Origin: Bugula neritina | Lineage: Eukaryota; Animalia; Bryozoa | Reading direction: 5' to 3' | Assembly: GCA_964035545.1 (NCBI GenBank) | Contig: CAXIUT010000111.1 | Location: forward strand, 1-45,926 | DNA: 45,926 nt | In this document: in pieces, positions 1 through 12,844 of the stretch | Numbering within the stretch: position 1 is the first letter of the stretch | How the letters are laid out: every line of letters begins with the position of its first letter | Program-made: the position numbers and the translations under genes | Notes under the pieces: generated by a model | What the model was told of the DNA's origin: nothing | Seen by the model: only the letters and a program-made list of their open reading frames with translations | Database searches by the model: none

Positions 1-63
1 CCCAACCCCAACCCCAACCCCAACCCCAACCCCAACCCCAACCCCAACCCCAACCCCAACCCC
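1..63. repeat. Left telomere, (CCCCAA)n
   Basis: Perfect C4A2 hexamer array at the sequence start; Tetrahymena-type telomere repeat. Confidence 0.98.
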
Positions 64-257
64 TATTTATTAAAGCTAGATATCAATTGATACAAATATT
101 ACAAGTTGAGTATAATCTCACTAAAAGAACAAAAACAGCATAATAAGACATAATTTAATCTTCTAATAAATGGATAAGTATATAATAGAACTATAATTCC
201 TACAAATTCTAAATAATATTCTTCTTTGCTATAAAATATTCAAAAAACCTATAGAAT

Positions 258-938
258 ATGATCGCCAGAAACCTCAACATCCCAGACATAAAATTCATCC
301 CCTTCAAAAACAAACCCACAACACAATACAACACCCAAACACCCACCATCATCACCAACTCCCTCACCTAAAGAAACACACTCATCGATTGGCTATACCT
401 CGCACAAAAAACACTAAAATTAAGCAAAAGCACTCTCTTCCTGGGAATCGCCTTGATTGATAAGTTGATGAGCAAGGGGATAAAATTAAACCAACATGAT
501 GTATAACTAGTGGCTGGCACTCTGATAATGATAGTTACCAAATTCAATGAAGTTTACCCAGTTAGTATCAAAAAACTCAATGCTCTATCGACATAAATCA
601 TCTCTTTAGACCGATATGTATAAACATAAGAAACCATACTCAAAATGGTCAACTTCGATCTCAGCCCAGAATCAGATATCTATGAATTACTGGCATAACT
701 TGAACATCAACTCGGATAAAATAGTTGTTAAATTATAAAAATAGCATTGAAAAATCCTAATGTAGCGTTTAGATTGGGATCAAGGACGCTGATTAGTGCC
801 ATCGAGTCGATGCAGTAGAGTAGAAAAGAGAATGACGGGAGGTTATCAAGGGAAGTGAGGGAGATGAGAGGGGAGTTAGCACGTTTAGGGAAGGGATCTG
901 TTGGTCTTAAGCGACTAATGAGTCCTTCTCGCATGTGA
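258..938 (+). CDS. Cyclin (divergent cyclin-box protein), 226 aa
   Basis: With TAR=Glu, an uninterrupted ATG..TGA ORF: ERNTLIDWL..LSKSTLFLGIALIDK..LVAGTLIMIVTKFNEVYP..EETILKMVNFDL, matching the cyclin N-terminal box. Confidence 0.85.
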
Positions 939-1028
939 TGATGTTACTTCTATTTGACTATTATGATCTAATATTAATGAATTGATAATGTTACTTATGA
1001 TTGTAGATATAGATAACTATATAAGTTG

Positions 1029-2522
1029 ATGGGCAACACAAAATCGAATAACCATAACGATGATTTCCATAAAATGATAAAATAGATGCGAAAAGATGAA
1101 TCGAGAAGAGTGAACATAAACCCCTAAAAAGTATTTTACTATAAATATAGAAATATTTAGTATTGATGAGAGATGTTTTGACTACAACTAAATTGCCATA
1201 AACCCTAAAATCAATGACCCTCTAAACACTAAACTAGAAAGTAACATAAATAGAACTGATATAAACAGTTACCTGCATAAACGCTCTCAAAAAAAATGAA
1301 TTCTAATCGACAATAACAAGTACAAAAACAATCAAACATAGGATCCCACATCTCAAAAACATAACGCCCATAATCCCAATTCGTAAACGTAACATTCGGC
1401 TAGGGATTTGTCAATAAGGTCTTGATAAGATTAAAATTAAAAAGAAATCAAGAGATATAAAATCAATAGATTTCCTCTCCAGTTAAAACTCAATCAAAAT
1501 TGCAAAAAAGCAATCACTCAGAATAGGAATTTATGATTTAGAGGAAATAGAAATTAAAAGTCATCGCGCAGGTGATGAAGAAATAGTTGAATAGAATTAT
1601 ACATCCTTTCGGTAAATTAAATAAAACATTTGCGTAATATATATAAGGCAATTCCAAAGAATTTGCACCCAAAAATTGTAAATAATAAGTATATTAACGA
1701 CTAGTACAAAAACTAATCAACGACTGGTGCACATATTTGGAAATGTCATGTTTATCTCCCTACAAAAAGTGGATCATGAACTACACACAGCTATAATAAA
1801 ACAAATACCTCCCTTGGATCAAAAATCTACTCATGCAATAGATATGGATAGTCAACGATGGATACCTTTTCGGCATGCTCGCCACCGTCATCCAACGATG
1901 CAAGACTTCATTGGAAATCGATTATAAACAACTGCATTAGTCAACGGCTCTTCTAACTCCTTCTTTGTTCAGCATTGACCCTAAACTACAAATATAGGGA
2001 CATTTTTTTGATTCCATCTTTTAGATGTCAGAAGTTGTCAGCAAATTTAAACCGTAATTGATACTACAACAGCTATAAACAGTTAAAAAACGAGTCTGCA
2101 CCGATATCGACAACTACCATCGGCTGGTGTAGTTGGGCTAGGTGTACGAAATCGATTCGGATAATATCTTGGGCATTGTAGCTTATATATTATGCAAAAT
2201 ATCAAGTAAAATAGAATAGATCTATATCCATTTGATATTTTTAAGGATAGTATACGGATAGAAAGTATATTTTTCAATGGGATTAGGCAGCTACATGCTA
2301 AGCACCATCTTCGGCGCCCTCTAATTTCTATAAAGCCCACAATTTAGAAAACTTCTGCACTAGAAAGCAACAAAACAACCTAACAAAAAGAAATAAAAAG
2401 ATAAAAACTAACAATAATAAACAAAAATCGGCACAACACATCCCAACGATACCACTATGCACGAATCAAGTCAAAGCTAGAAAAGGTCTATCCATGTAAA
2501 TTCATTCTTATAACATATTTGA
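1029..2522 (+). CDS. VPS9-domain protein (Rab5-family GEF), putatively myristoylated
   Basis: C-terminal VPS9 motifs EIDSDNILGIVAYILCK..GLGSYMLSTIFGALEFLE; N-terminus MGNTKS. Predicted introns 1131-1150 and ~1241-1268; 5' exon structure less certain. Confidence 0.75.
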
Positions 2523-2620
2523 ATTTTTTATTATTTATTATTAGATGTTATTTGATTGGATGCCATTCTATTGAAACGATAGATAACTATCAATTAGAAA
2601 TAATTAAATCAAAGTTAAAA

Positions 2621-3363
2621 ATGGCGGACTACGACTAAGTCGATTCCCTCTCCCTCTCCATGGAAAACTTCCTCAGAGCTGTCGCCAGAAGAGAACCCAC
2701 CCCTTCTCACCCCATCACACTCAAAACATAATTCAGAAATAGCCTCAAATTGTCAGACAAAGATAAAAGACAATACGGAGTCTAATAAAGTTACCTCAGC
2801 TCCTTCAGAGATATCTATACTGATAAAGCATGTATAAATATTAATAGCTAGTTAAGTCAATTCGATTGCATAATTGGGAATTCGAACTTGAATTTGAAGG
2901 TAAAAGATGTAACAAGATTTCGTTGGTTTCTGATACAGTTGTCTTTCTGGCGGGCAAAACCTCAAGAAAATAAATTAATAGATGTCTCTTCAAAATCTAT
3001 GTCCTCAACTCAGAATAAGACCTCAAAAAACTATCTCCAGAACTCAATGGATATTTGAACAGATTGGGTAAAAGACACATTTGCTCTCTTTCTCAAAATA
3101 TAGCCAAAACAGCATCATCTCTTGCCAGTTTTATTGAAGTAAAATAAAACAAGTTACCAACCTATGACTACAAACCTTACAGCAAACCTGGAAGTGATAA
3201 ATATGATCCAGTTTCAACATTGACTCCATAGGGACGTAAGATATTATAAAAATTACGAAATTTCGTATCAAGAAAACAAATATATGATTTCATAGTCGAG
3301 CAAGAGGTATCAGAAGAGGCAGCAAATGATTTAAAGAAGTTGGCTATCGGAGGAAATAAGTGA
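2621..3363 (+). CDS. Hypothetical protein (~240 aa)
   Basis: ATG GCG GAC.. to TGA 3361-3363 after removing the 20-nt intron 2832-2851; coding-like composition, no recognised domain. Confidence 0.65.
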
Positions 3364-3414
3364 TCTTTGAAATTTGATAATCATATTGAATTATTGTATA
3401 AAAAATTTAAATTT

Positions 3415-4398
3415 ATGAGTTAAGCGGATCAAAAAGCAAAGAAATAGGAGTAAGAACCATACTTGAAAAGTTGTTAGAAATGTACTAAATTCTTCACAAA
3501 TGAACAAGCCTTTCAAACTCACATGAAAATGAAACATTAAGAAGATAAGAAATAATCTGCTGAACAACAAGAAGAGGATGGTGAGAGTGATGAAGAAGAT
3601 TAGTAACATGGAGAAAGTAAAAATAAGAAGACAACTAAAAATATGCCCATTAGAAGTCGTATGCTAGAAATACAAAGAAATTAACTTTAAGATAACATCT
3701 ATACCTTTTTAGGATAATTAGGTTAAAAAAATGTATAACCTATCTCCAGTAGAGCATAAATCATCAACTTTGCTAATGATCAAAAATTAACAGGACAAAC
3801 CAACTATTGTGTCAATAAAGTTATCAGAACTCCCTATGAATAACCTATCAAATGTTCATAAGAAGTTCCAGTAACAGATTTCGAACAAAGCAAACACAAA
3901 GATTTCTTGGTAAAATTAAGTAAATAACTAGAATTACTTTAAGCACGTGTATAAGAATAAAGAGAAATATGGTAAATTAATAGTTATTTAGGTAATTAAG
4001 AGATCCCATGGCACCTGAAGAAGAAGTTATGGATTAATTCAGCCTAATGGATATTAAAAAATTAATTCAAAATTATCCCAAAAGAAAAATACATCTTTAG
4101 TTCCCTAATTACTCCATCTTCTTGCTCTGGGTAGGTAGAATCTGCAAATCTCCAGCTTTCAAGTAATTTTTCTTAGTTCTTGGGGAATATTTAGCTGAAT
4201 ACTATTCTAAAGAAGAGAGCAAGGCCAAAGGAGAGCAAGGATATGAAAATTGGAGAAATTTTCATAAAGGATTCGACAACAAGAAAATGGAAGAAAGAGA
4301 TGTTCAAAGCTTGAAGATCTTTGAATAAAAAAGTTGCAAAAAGTTTATTGATTACTTCGTGCAATGGACCGATCTATTTAGAGCCCTCAACATCTGAT
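3415..4398 (+). CDS. C2H2 zinc-finger protein
   Basis: CEKCTKFFTNEQAFQTHMKMKH followed by an acidic stretch; 20-nt intron 3972-3991; TGA at 4396-4398. Confidence 0.75.
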
Positions 4399-4552
4399 AA
4401 CTTCGATATCTAATCTATATTCTTTTAAAACCATATCAATATCTGATAAATAGAGTTATTTTTGATGACTCTTTCCTCTCTTGATATATAAAGATAAATA
4501 AGATAAATATGATAGATAGTGATAATTGGTAAGAATAGTCAAAATCCGACAA

Positions 4553-7085
4553 TCAGATCAAATCATCTTTCCTTATAAGTGTACAATAGAATGGAATTTC
4601 CAACATCTCCAACAACTTCTTATGAATCATTCCTACCTAAACAAAAAAATACCAAAAACAAAAGGAGGCTTAATAGTTTTAGTCCTCTTCTTATTACCTT
4701 TTCTCTTCAACGAACCAAGACAACTCCAGTAATCAGTAGAAACAATCTAAGTATTCTTCATTCCAGATTAATCAACATACTGCTGAGTTTTATGAAAATT
4801 AGGTATCCAAAAATCATCCAAAAATGAACTTTCCTCTCCCATACTCTAAATAACATAAGAAATCATACATGAAACACCGAATCAATCGAATCCATCGCGA
4901 AATTGTCCTAAACTTCAATAATAAAAAAATTAATCATCTACTCATCAGATTGCAACAAATATATCGGATAATCTCCACCACATATAAGTATCTCACAATC
5001 TTTACTCGGCAATATCTTAGTATACTTATCATGGATGATCGTAGGATGTCTAAATTTAAAAGAACTGTTCATTAGTGATATATAATGAGGATAATGTTTA
5101 GGCAAATGACGCTATGATATCTACACATTTCGAAATATCTTTGAACTTGTCTACTAGGAATCGATCTAGAAAGCCTTTAAACCTGAATATTCAAAATTGC
5201 TATCAAAACCTTCAGAAATACCCATCTTTTTAGCCTATTATGTCATAAATTACTCTATCTTGTTCTTGCATGACAAAAGATGAGAAAATTATGTTCGCTT
5301 ACATATCTATTCATACTGCTCCTTCTTACCATCTTTCAACAAATCAACCAAAGCAATTCCAGTCGCAAGTGATTTCGTAGGTATCTTCTTCTATTCTGAC
5401 TAATCCAATGAAAAAATAGTCAAATGCTCAGCAACGACAGGATAAGCTTGCTTCCTTCTGGCAGTTTTATGAGCAACAGTATTAAGTGGTCTCTTGATAT
5501 GATAGATAGTCAACCGATAATCATTGCTATGATTGACACTAACCCACCTGAACCCAACAGTTTTCAATTTCCTTTATAATTCAGGATCAACACTAATAGC
5601 CTATCCATTTTGATGATGAACCAATGAAGTACGTATCTATGAACAGTTATCATGCTACCACAAATATTAACATAAACTTTTAAGTGTTTTCTATATTGTA
5701 TCTATCATCGATCTTATCGACAAGATCACTATCTTGCGCTGACTTGCATTCTTATCAATCGCTAGAACTATTTATTAACCATTATCTGAATTTTGAAATA
5801 AAGTCAATTCTTAATATTTTGACATCTAAACTGTAGTTAGAAATGATTTAGAAAATTAACTTTTATTCAATGATGCCACAAAATATTCTGGAAATTCACT
5901 ATATTATATCTAAAGCTTTTTCCAACTAGCCAAAGCAGCTGATGAACCTATCGGCGGCATCGATTTATCATGATGTTTATTCATTGGAATCTTATTTTTT
6001 TGTTGGATTAAAGGTGTTCTCTTACTTTACTATTATTCACCTTCATTTTACCCTTCAGATAAAAGCATCTAGCATAGTCTTATTCTTTTGATGATACTTT
6101 TAGAAACAACACTCATTTTTTTGCCTTAGAAAGTATAATTAATAAAAAATACATCATGTTTTTTCTACTAAAAAGTATACATCTCCTTCAACTGACTACC
6201 AGCTATAGTTTTATAATCCTATATGATCTTCAAAAGATAATTTTTACCATTACTTATATACTTCAATTTAATATGTCTAGGCAATAAAGGCTAAATACTC
6301 TGCTTCCACTGATAAATACACTCAATACAATGCACAGTCAATATCCTCAAATGATTAATCCTCTCCTAAAACAACTTGTTCAACTTACCAACATTGATCT
6401 CCTGCTTCTACAAACTACCTATAATTTCATATATTTTGTCCAAACAAATTTCTCTTGACTAAACTGACGATATTATTTTTTGGATCAGCGATGTCTGCTT
6501 AGTCACATCTGAAAACTCCTGTTTAATGTCTTAAAGGATTTTCATAGGATAAACTTATCTATTAAATATTTTAGTCATAATTTACATATGGCATTCAGGT
6601 ATCGCCTTCTCATACCACAATTCCTTCAAATCTGCAAACGCATTATTAATCGCCTCTTTTTGTCGTTACTCATTTTTACGCATATTGGGCTTATTTCCCA
6701 CCTTATCTATCTTAGAATCAATGCTACTTTTGTCCAGCGAAGGCTAGTGAATTCGTTTTGCCTTACTTAGGTCGTTTTTGTCATTTCTATGATGGTTAGA
6801 AGTAGTACCTTCGACCAGGAATTCTCAGTTTATTTTTAAGATCTAGCTATCAGACAATTTACATTGAGAATGGGGTTAATTATGGTAGTTATATTCAGGT
6901 ATTTGTTCTAGATGAAAGCGATGATCCCATCCATTTTACTAAATGAATAGATTTGGTACTTTTTCTTTTTTTTACTTGATTTTAGTAGCTATAGTCATTT
7001 GGTTTCTTGATTTACTACGAGATATCTTAGTCACTGAGTCTTATGATTGAGAAGGGTTGTTTGGATTATGATAGTTGTTTCGCAT
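4553..7085 (-). CDS. Large multi-intron hypothetical protein (~800 aa)
   Basis: Coding frame with several 20-23 nt introns; segments LRILTVHCIECIYQWK..NYLLKIIED, GFRWVSVNH..RLTIYHIKRP and C-terminal PPFVFGMIH. An in-frame upstream ATG at 7139 is an alternative start. Not every internal junction was traced. Confidence 0.55.
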
Positions 7086-7749
7086 AATATAACTATTCAA
7101 AATAGATTATGAAATCAATTCTGTTACTTTATCAAACATAATTTAAATCTAACTAACTCACAAAGATAGTACAAGAGTTTGACTCCTTCTCTATCTCCTT
7201 CTCTATCTAGAGAAAGTTTATACATTAGAAAATAAGAAAGACAACATAAAGAAAGTTCAAGAATCTAGAAAATTTTCAGGCAAATAGATATGTATCAAAC
7301 CGATAAACAAGATAAGCAATATAAATAGATTAATAGATATTCTTTCTTTGAAGGTTTTAATCTATCTTTAATAATAAAACTAAGAAAAGTTCGATTTAAT
7401 AGGAACATTATAAAAACAAATAATTCAAAGTAATCAAATCAGAATTAAAATGATTCAAATGTTTTAAACAAAACAACCCTGGAAATAGAAAAATGTCTTA
7501 TTTTCTGATTCTATTTTCAAAAATAAAATAAAATTCGAGTACTTTTAAATAAACAAAAAGTAGTGAAATTGTTTAATCAATCTATCAAAATAAAATTAAA
7601 TTATTAAATTAATTAAATAACTAAAAAAAAAGTTCAATATAATAAATATGTAACTCTTTTAAACAAATAAAAATAAGAATTAAATAGAATTTTCTTCAAT
7701 AATTTAATAGTTGATAAAATTGATAAAAAATTTAATCTTTAATATTCTA

Positions 7750-7990
7750 AAAAAGACTTCGCCCCACGACAACGGATACTCGTTTCCACTCCTGCGAGCC
7801 AGCCAGAAACCAACCAAAAAAATACCACAAAAGCCAAGATTCTTCGATAAAGAAATTATCGAAAAGATAATAGAATAATATCTGATTAGTCCGGACGACT
7901 ATCAGCCTGGACAATCTCCTCGGCCTTAAGAATTGCTTGACTATTAATTAGCCACTGCAACGAAATGACCTTGATTTCTAAGGTGCTTAT
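7750..7990. other. GC-elevated, hairpin-rich island in a long AT-rich spacer (ncRNA candidate or small ORF 7648-7968 +)
   Basis: Several inverted repeats (7843-7863, 7882-7905, 7933-7960, 7968-7984) and an A(U)7G Sm-site-like string on the minus strand; family not recognised. Confidence 0.3.
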
Positions 7991-8631
7991 ATATATAAAT
8001 ATATTCTAAAAAAGAAGACTAAAATCGAGGAGAAATACGAGCTGATAGTCAAAATTCTATTTTTTTAAATAGTTAAAATGAGAGGATTGGTACTGAGGAT
8101 ACTAGGAATAAGAAAATATCATGATTTCTAATTTCCTAAACTATTTATTTGTTTTTTATTTAAAAAAAATAAAAAGATTTAATCTAAATTGAAGAAAAAT
8201 AACAACTTCATTATCATTTTAACAATAAATTTCATATATTTTAAGTTATAAATAAACAAACAATTCATTTTTCTATGATATTATCTTCTTTAAAAACAAA
8301 TTTCATTCAAGAATAGATCTTCAAAAGAGAAATATCAAAAAAACAATATCAAAAATTGATAAGTTAAATCTACCATAAAAATGTAAAATCATAAGTAAAA
8401 AGTAAACAATATCTTCTAATTTCAAACTACTATGACTTCTATCCTTCATATTAAAGATATATATATATTAATAAAAATTATTTTACCTTTAATTGATAGT
8501 TCTTATTCATAGCATAAGAAATAATCAATCAAATGATAATTCTTTAATAATGAAATAGCTTATAAATTAATTCGATTACATAGTTTGCGGGTTTAAATTC
8601 TCTCAATAATAGTTTCAACAACAAAAAAAAC

Positions 8632-10811
8632 ATGGAACAGTTGAACCCACCTTCTTTTAACATGCGTCCACCTACCGGAGCCATGCCCCACTCCACCAAC
8701 ATACAACCTCACATGCCCAATATGATGGCACCTTTCGGCATGCCGTCAACCAACATAATGCCTCCCAACATGAGAAATATCGGTTATCCCAATGAGCAAG
8801 ATTAAAAAAAGAAATAATTTGCCAAGGGAATCTTCGTGAGCGGCTTCTAGAAGTGCATCACTACAGCTATGATCCAAAAACACTTCAACATCAAACCCAT
8901 CCACGGATTAAAACATCCCACCACCAAACACAAATAATCCAAAGGATTTGCCTTCATCTACTATGGTTCTGAAGATGATGCTCTCTATGTAAAGAAAGAA
9001 CTCGATAGAACAGCCATCCTTAAAGACAAAATCAGAATCACAAGAACAGTCATCAGCTAAAACCTCTCAAAAATGATGTTCAAACTAAAAACCTATGGAC
9101 TATCAGAATAAAAAATCAAATAAAACTAAAGCAAATACTTTAACGACTAAAATCTTGAAAAATAAGTTTAAAGAATTATCAAACCTACCTTTGATGGTGT
9201 CGTTGAAATCAATAAAATTAACATTCCTAAATCAAAATCTGATAAGAAGTCATTAAGATATGCTAGAGTCTTCTTCTATGTTGGTGATGTTAAATAAGCC
9301 AAGAACAGAGCATAAAAATAAATCAGAAAAGTTGATAATCCTCTTTATGATACTCAAGGAAAGAACTAATATGAAATCATTTTGAACTGTCTTTCTGAAA
9401 AAATCAACAGTGATTAAGTCTTCAGCAGCTATGCCAAAAGCTAAATTTATGAATACACAAAGAAAAATCAATCTAATGTTATTCATTTGAAAGGAATCAA
9501 GCATCAACCCAAAGAAGATCCCTCAGCTCTTGCTGATTAGATCAAAGAATTCATGCAAAAGCAAGGACCTCAATGGAACATCATCAATGCTTATTCTCAA
9601 GTTTATGAAGACAGAGGAGCTTGGGCCAATATCACATTTTCTACTTATTAAGAAACAGTTCAAGCTTATGAGCACCTTAAAAACTTGAGACCGAAGTTCA
9701 GAGATAACGTCCTTTATGGATCCTTAAGAAATGTCAAAGACCCAAGAACTGTAGTTGTTTCAGTAGTTCGTAATGATGTAACTGAGAAGAATGTTGAAAA
9801 GTTTTTGAACTAGCTAGCAGCTAAATCCCAGAAGATTCCCTCAGCTGTTGGAGATGAAAGCTACAACAAATATGACTACTTCAGTTTCAACATCATTAAT
9901 GCTAAGAAATTCTACAAGTTGGAAGGTTCTAATACCAGAGGTATCACTGAAGAAGAGAAAGATGATGTGAAAGATTGGTGGATTGAAATCAACTAAGTTC
10001 CTAAAAGACTCATCATCCACTTCTTCCATGAATTCAATGATGAAGATTTGAAAGAACTCACCAATGATATTACTGTCTCTTCAGAATACGAAGATATCTT
10101 TATGAAAGGGGATAGCAAAAAACCTTTGAGACTTAATCATCAAAAAGGACATGTTGATAGAGAAGGAGTTTATAACAAACACACTGAAATCAGAGGAAAA
10201 AAGAAACAAAGACAAATAAAGACTGATAAACCCATGAGAAAACCATTTAATCCCAACCAACAACATATGGGACAAAGAAGTGGACCAGTAAACCCATCGA
10301 CTTCAACATGGGAGCTCTTCACAAAGGAGGTATACCTAAGATTGGTAGCATGCCTCAAGGAGGACAAATCAGACCTCAGCAAATCGGAGGAGGAGGAATG
10401 AGCAACCTATCAAACATTATGCCTCCTTCAAGACAACCTCCAGCCTTTGGACAGCCTCCCAGCTTCGGACCAACAGGAGGAAACATGCCTCAACCTCCTC
10501 CTTTCAAAGCATTCACAGGTCAACCACCAACTATGTCAGGAATGCCTCCTCTCGGAAACATGCCTTCAGGAATGATGCCTCAACCAGGAATGGCTCCTCA
10601 ACCAGGAATGGCACCTAAAGTAGGAATGCCTCCCAGTCAGATGCCTCCTCCTCCCATGGGACAAATGCCACCTTCAAATATCGGACAAATGCCACCTTCA
10701 AATATCGGACAGATGCCACCTACCAGTATTGGGCAGATGCCACCAACAAGTTTAGGACAGATGCCACCTCAGTTCGTTCCAAAACAACCTCCACCACCAT
10801 CATCAGAATGA
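8632..10811 (+). CDS. Multi-RRM RNA-binding protein with Pro/Met/Gln-rich termini (apparent 1-nt frameshift near 10285)
   Basis: RNP2 IFVSGF and RNP1 KGFAFIYY, further RRM-like segments (RYARVFF, GAWANITF). The low-complexity GQMPP tail lies in a different frame (10308-10811). Confidence 0.75.
10560..10800 (+). repeat. Coding tandem repeats (PQPGMA; GQMPPSNI)
   Basis: Repeated 18-nt and 24-nt units such as ggacaaatgccaccttcaaatatc. Confidence 0.85.
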
Positions 10812-10914
10812 CCATGATCAACCATTAAATAATCTTAAATATCAAAGCATTAATATTTTGTTTTATTTATTTCTTCAAGAATGTCTTCATTGAGAAGGAC
10901 TTTCATAAAATATA

Positions 10915-11670
10915 ATATAAATTCTAAATATTTATCTTTTATCGAATAAAAATATTCTATAAAATTGATAATAATAACAACCTACTATCGCTAAAATAGA
11001 TTAAAAGTACCTTAAATATGATCAAAAAAATATTATTTTTAAATCTAATGCTATTAATATTTCATAAATTGTGTAACTATCAAAGTTAATTTTTCAGAAA
11101 TACTAAAAAGAAAGCAACCATCTCAGCAACCTTCACATAACACAAATCCTATCAACCAAACTCTCATAGAAGAGCTATACCCGAGGCACTAACCTGGGAA
11201 GTGGTCAATAGTATACAATAACGTACTCAATCTCTTCTTCATTGGATCTACAAAAAAGTACAGTCATCTTGAAGAACACTAGTATGCAATCATCAATGAA
11301 CTTATCGATAAAGTTAGTAATAGTTTAGATCTTAAGATTACCACTCAGTATTCTCAGATTGAAGAAAATAGTCGACTCTTTGCTATCAGAGAACCACTAA
11401 TTAACCATGACTACTAACTCATCATGGGGCACTCTTTCCTCTCTAGAGTTCACTCCTAAAGATTCAAAACAATTTTAAATGAAAAAAGTGGCAGCTCTCT
11501 TGCCTGAATCGCCTGTCTACAAACAGTATAGAAACCAATCCTTTATCAATGTAGAAAAGTTCAAGACCATAAGTCAGCATACCAGACATCAGCTATAAGA
11601 AGAAAGCAACTCTTTTAAGTCCTACTTCAACCATCACTTATAAATGATTCCAAATGTTCTCTTACTCTAT
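10915..11670 (+). pseudogene. Chimeric duplicate: 41-bp POC1 fragment fused to the 3' third of gene X (37269-39006)
   Basis: 11111-11151 matches 36221-36261; 11150-11670 matches ~38409-39030 minus a 108-nt deletion. An extra G at ~11428 causes a frameshift. Inverted repeat of 15690-16440. Confidence 0.85.
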
Positions 11671-11809
11671 TTTAATTCATATCTACTAACGAGTACTTAA
11701 TTAAGATAAGATTAAAAATATATTGAAGCATAAAATTAACTATTAGAATTCGAGGTATATTTGTTTTTTCTTTCTGATTAAATAAAATCCGTTAAATTTT
11801 TTGATTATC

Positions 11810-12130
11810 GTATGATACCTTTCTCTACCATAGCTGTTAGATCTTATTACGATTTTTTGGAGTAGTTGTCCATATTCCATACTTTATTGCCTTTTGTTAT
11901 TGTCAATGTACCTTGTGGACGTTATCGTCGTTGGCACTTCTTATGATGATTCCATTTGTTTTTTATTGTGAGTCTGCTGTGAAGTTTGAGATTGATTTTA
12001 GGTGCGGGAGGGACTAGAGGATAGATTACCAGTCGTTGTAGGGTTTTGCTTAGAGATAGGGCCATTTTGAGGCGGGAGATTGGTACTACTGGTATAAGTT
12101 GTATGACTTCATAATAATTATAATTTATCA
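11810..12130 (-). pseudogene. Truncated 5' duplicate of the YTH gene
   Basis: Near-identical to 18000-18330 including the 21-nt intron. ATG at 12112; homology ends after ..WERKVSY, midway through the YTH domain. Confidence 0.85.
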
Positions 12131-12280
12131 ACAATGGTAATTTTTTGCAAAGAGTTATCCTTGTTGAGGGAGGAATGACAAAGGAGAGTACAAAATATAA
12201 TAATACTTACTACACAGCGAACGTAATACTAATTATTATAGATATCGATATTTATAAATTTTCTTTAGCAACCAGTCAAA

Positions 12281-12800
12281 ATGTCCAAAAAGAACACCTC
12301 CCAAAAAGTCGAAAAAGTAATCATAAAAGTATCCAATAGTCTGAGACAAGCAAGGAAAAGAAATCAACTACAACTACGATCACTAGCTTCGACAATACAG
12401 TATCATCTTATCTAATCAATAGTACTAGAAATATTGCCAGAGTGATCTAGCCAAAGGAACCTCTTCACAAGAAGTAGTCCAGGGAAATCAACCTTCATCA
12501 GGTGAAAATTTTGGAAATGAGAAAATTTTGGAAAATTTGGGCTTGAAGAAGATCGAAGATGTGAAGATTGAAGAAGAATAAGAATAAAAACCATATCTCA
12601 AATCCCTAGATGGGGTTGCTTTTCTGAAAGCAGATGGTTCTGCCATAAATGATGAGGATAAGAATAAGAGTGAAGAAAAACCTGAGAAAAAAGAATCAGA
12701 AGGAAAAGAAAATGACAAATTTGAGCAAGCTGGTGCCTTCCCTGTAGAAGGTTATGAAAAACTTGAGTCACCTCCTGCTGCTCCATCATAAGATAAGTGA
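12281..12800 (+). CDS. Small acidic/Lys-rich hypothetical protein
   Basis: MSKKNTSQKVEK.., two 23-nt introns (first 12317-12339), Glu-rich run GAA GAA GAA TAA GAA TAA, TGA 12798-12800. Confidence 0.7.
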
Positions 12801-12844
12801 TGATTATGATTAGCCATTAAATAGTCTTTAAAATCAAAGCAATA

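Noticed and set aside
7750-7990. Telomerase RNA, U3 or SRP RNA identity for the structured island
   Set aside because: No CAACCCCAA template, no terminal C/D boxes, and the CAGG..GGAA..AGUA string lacks the flanking pairing of SRP helix 8.
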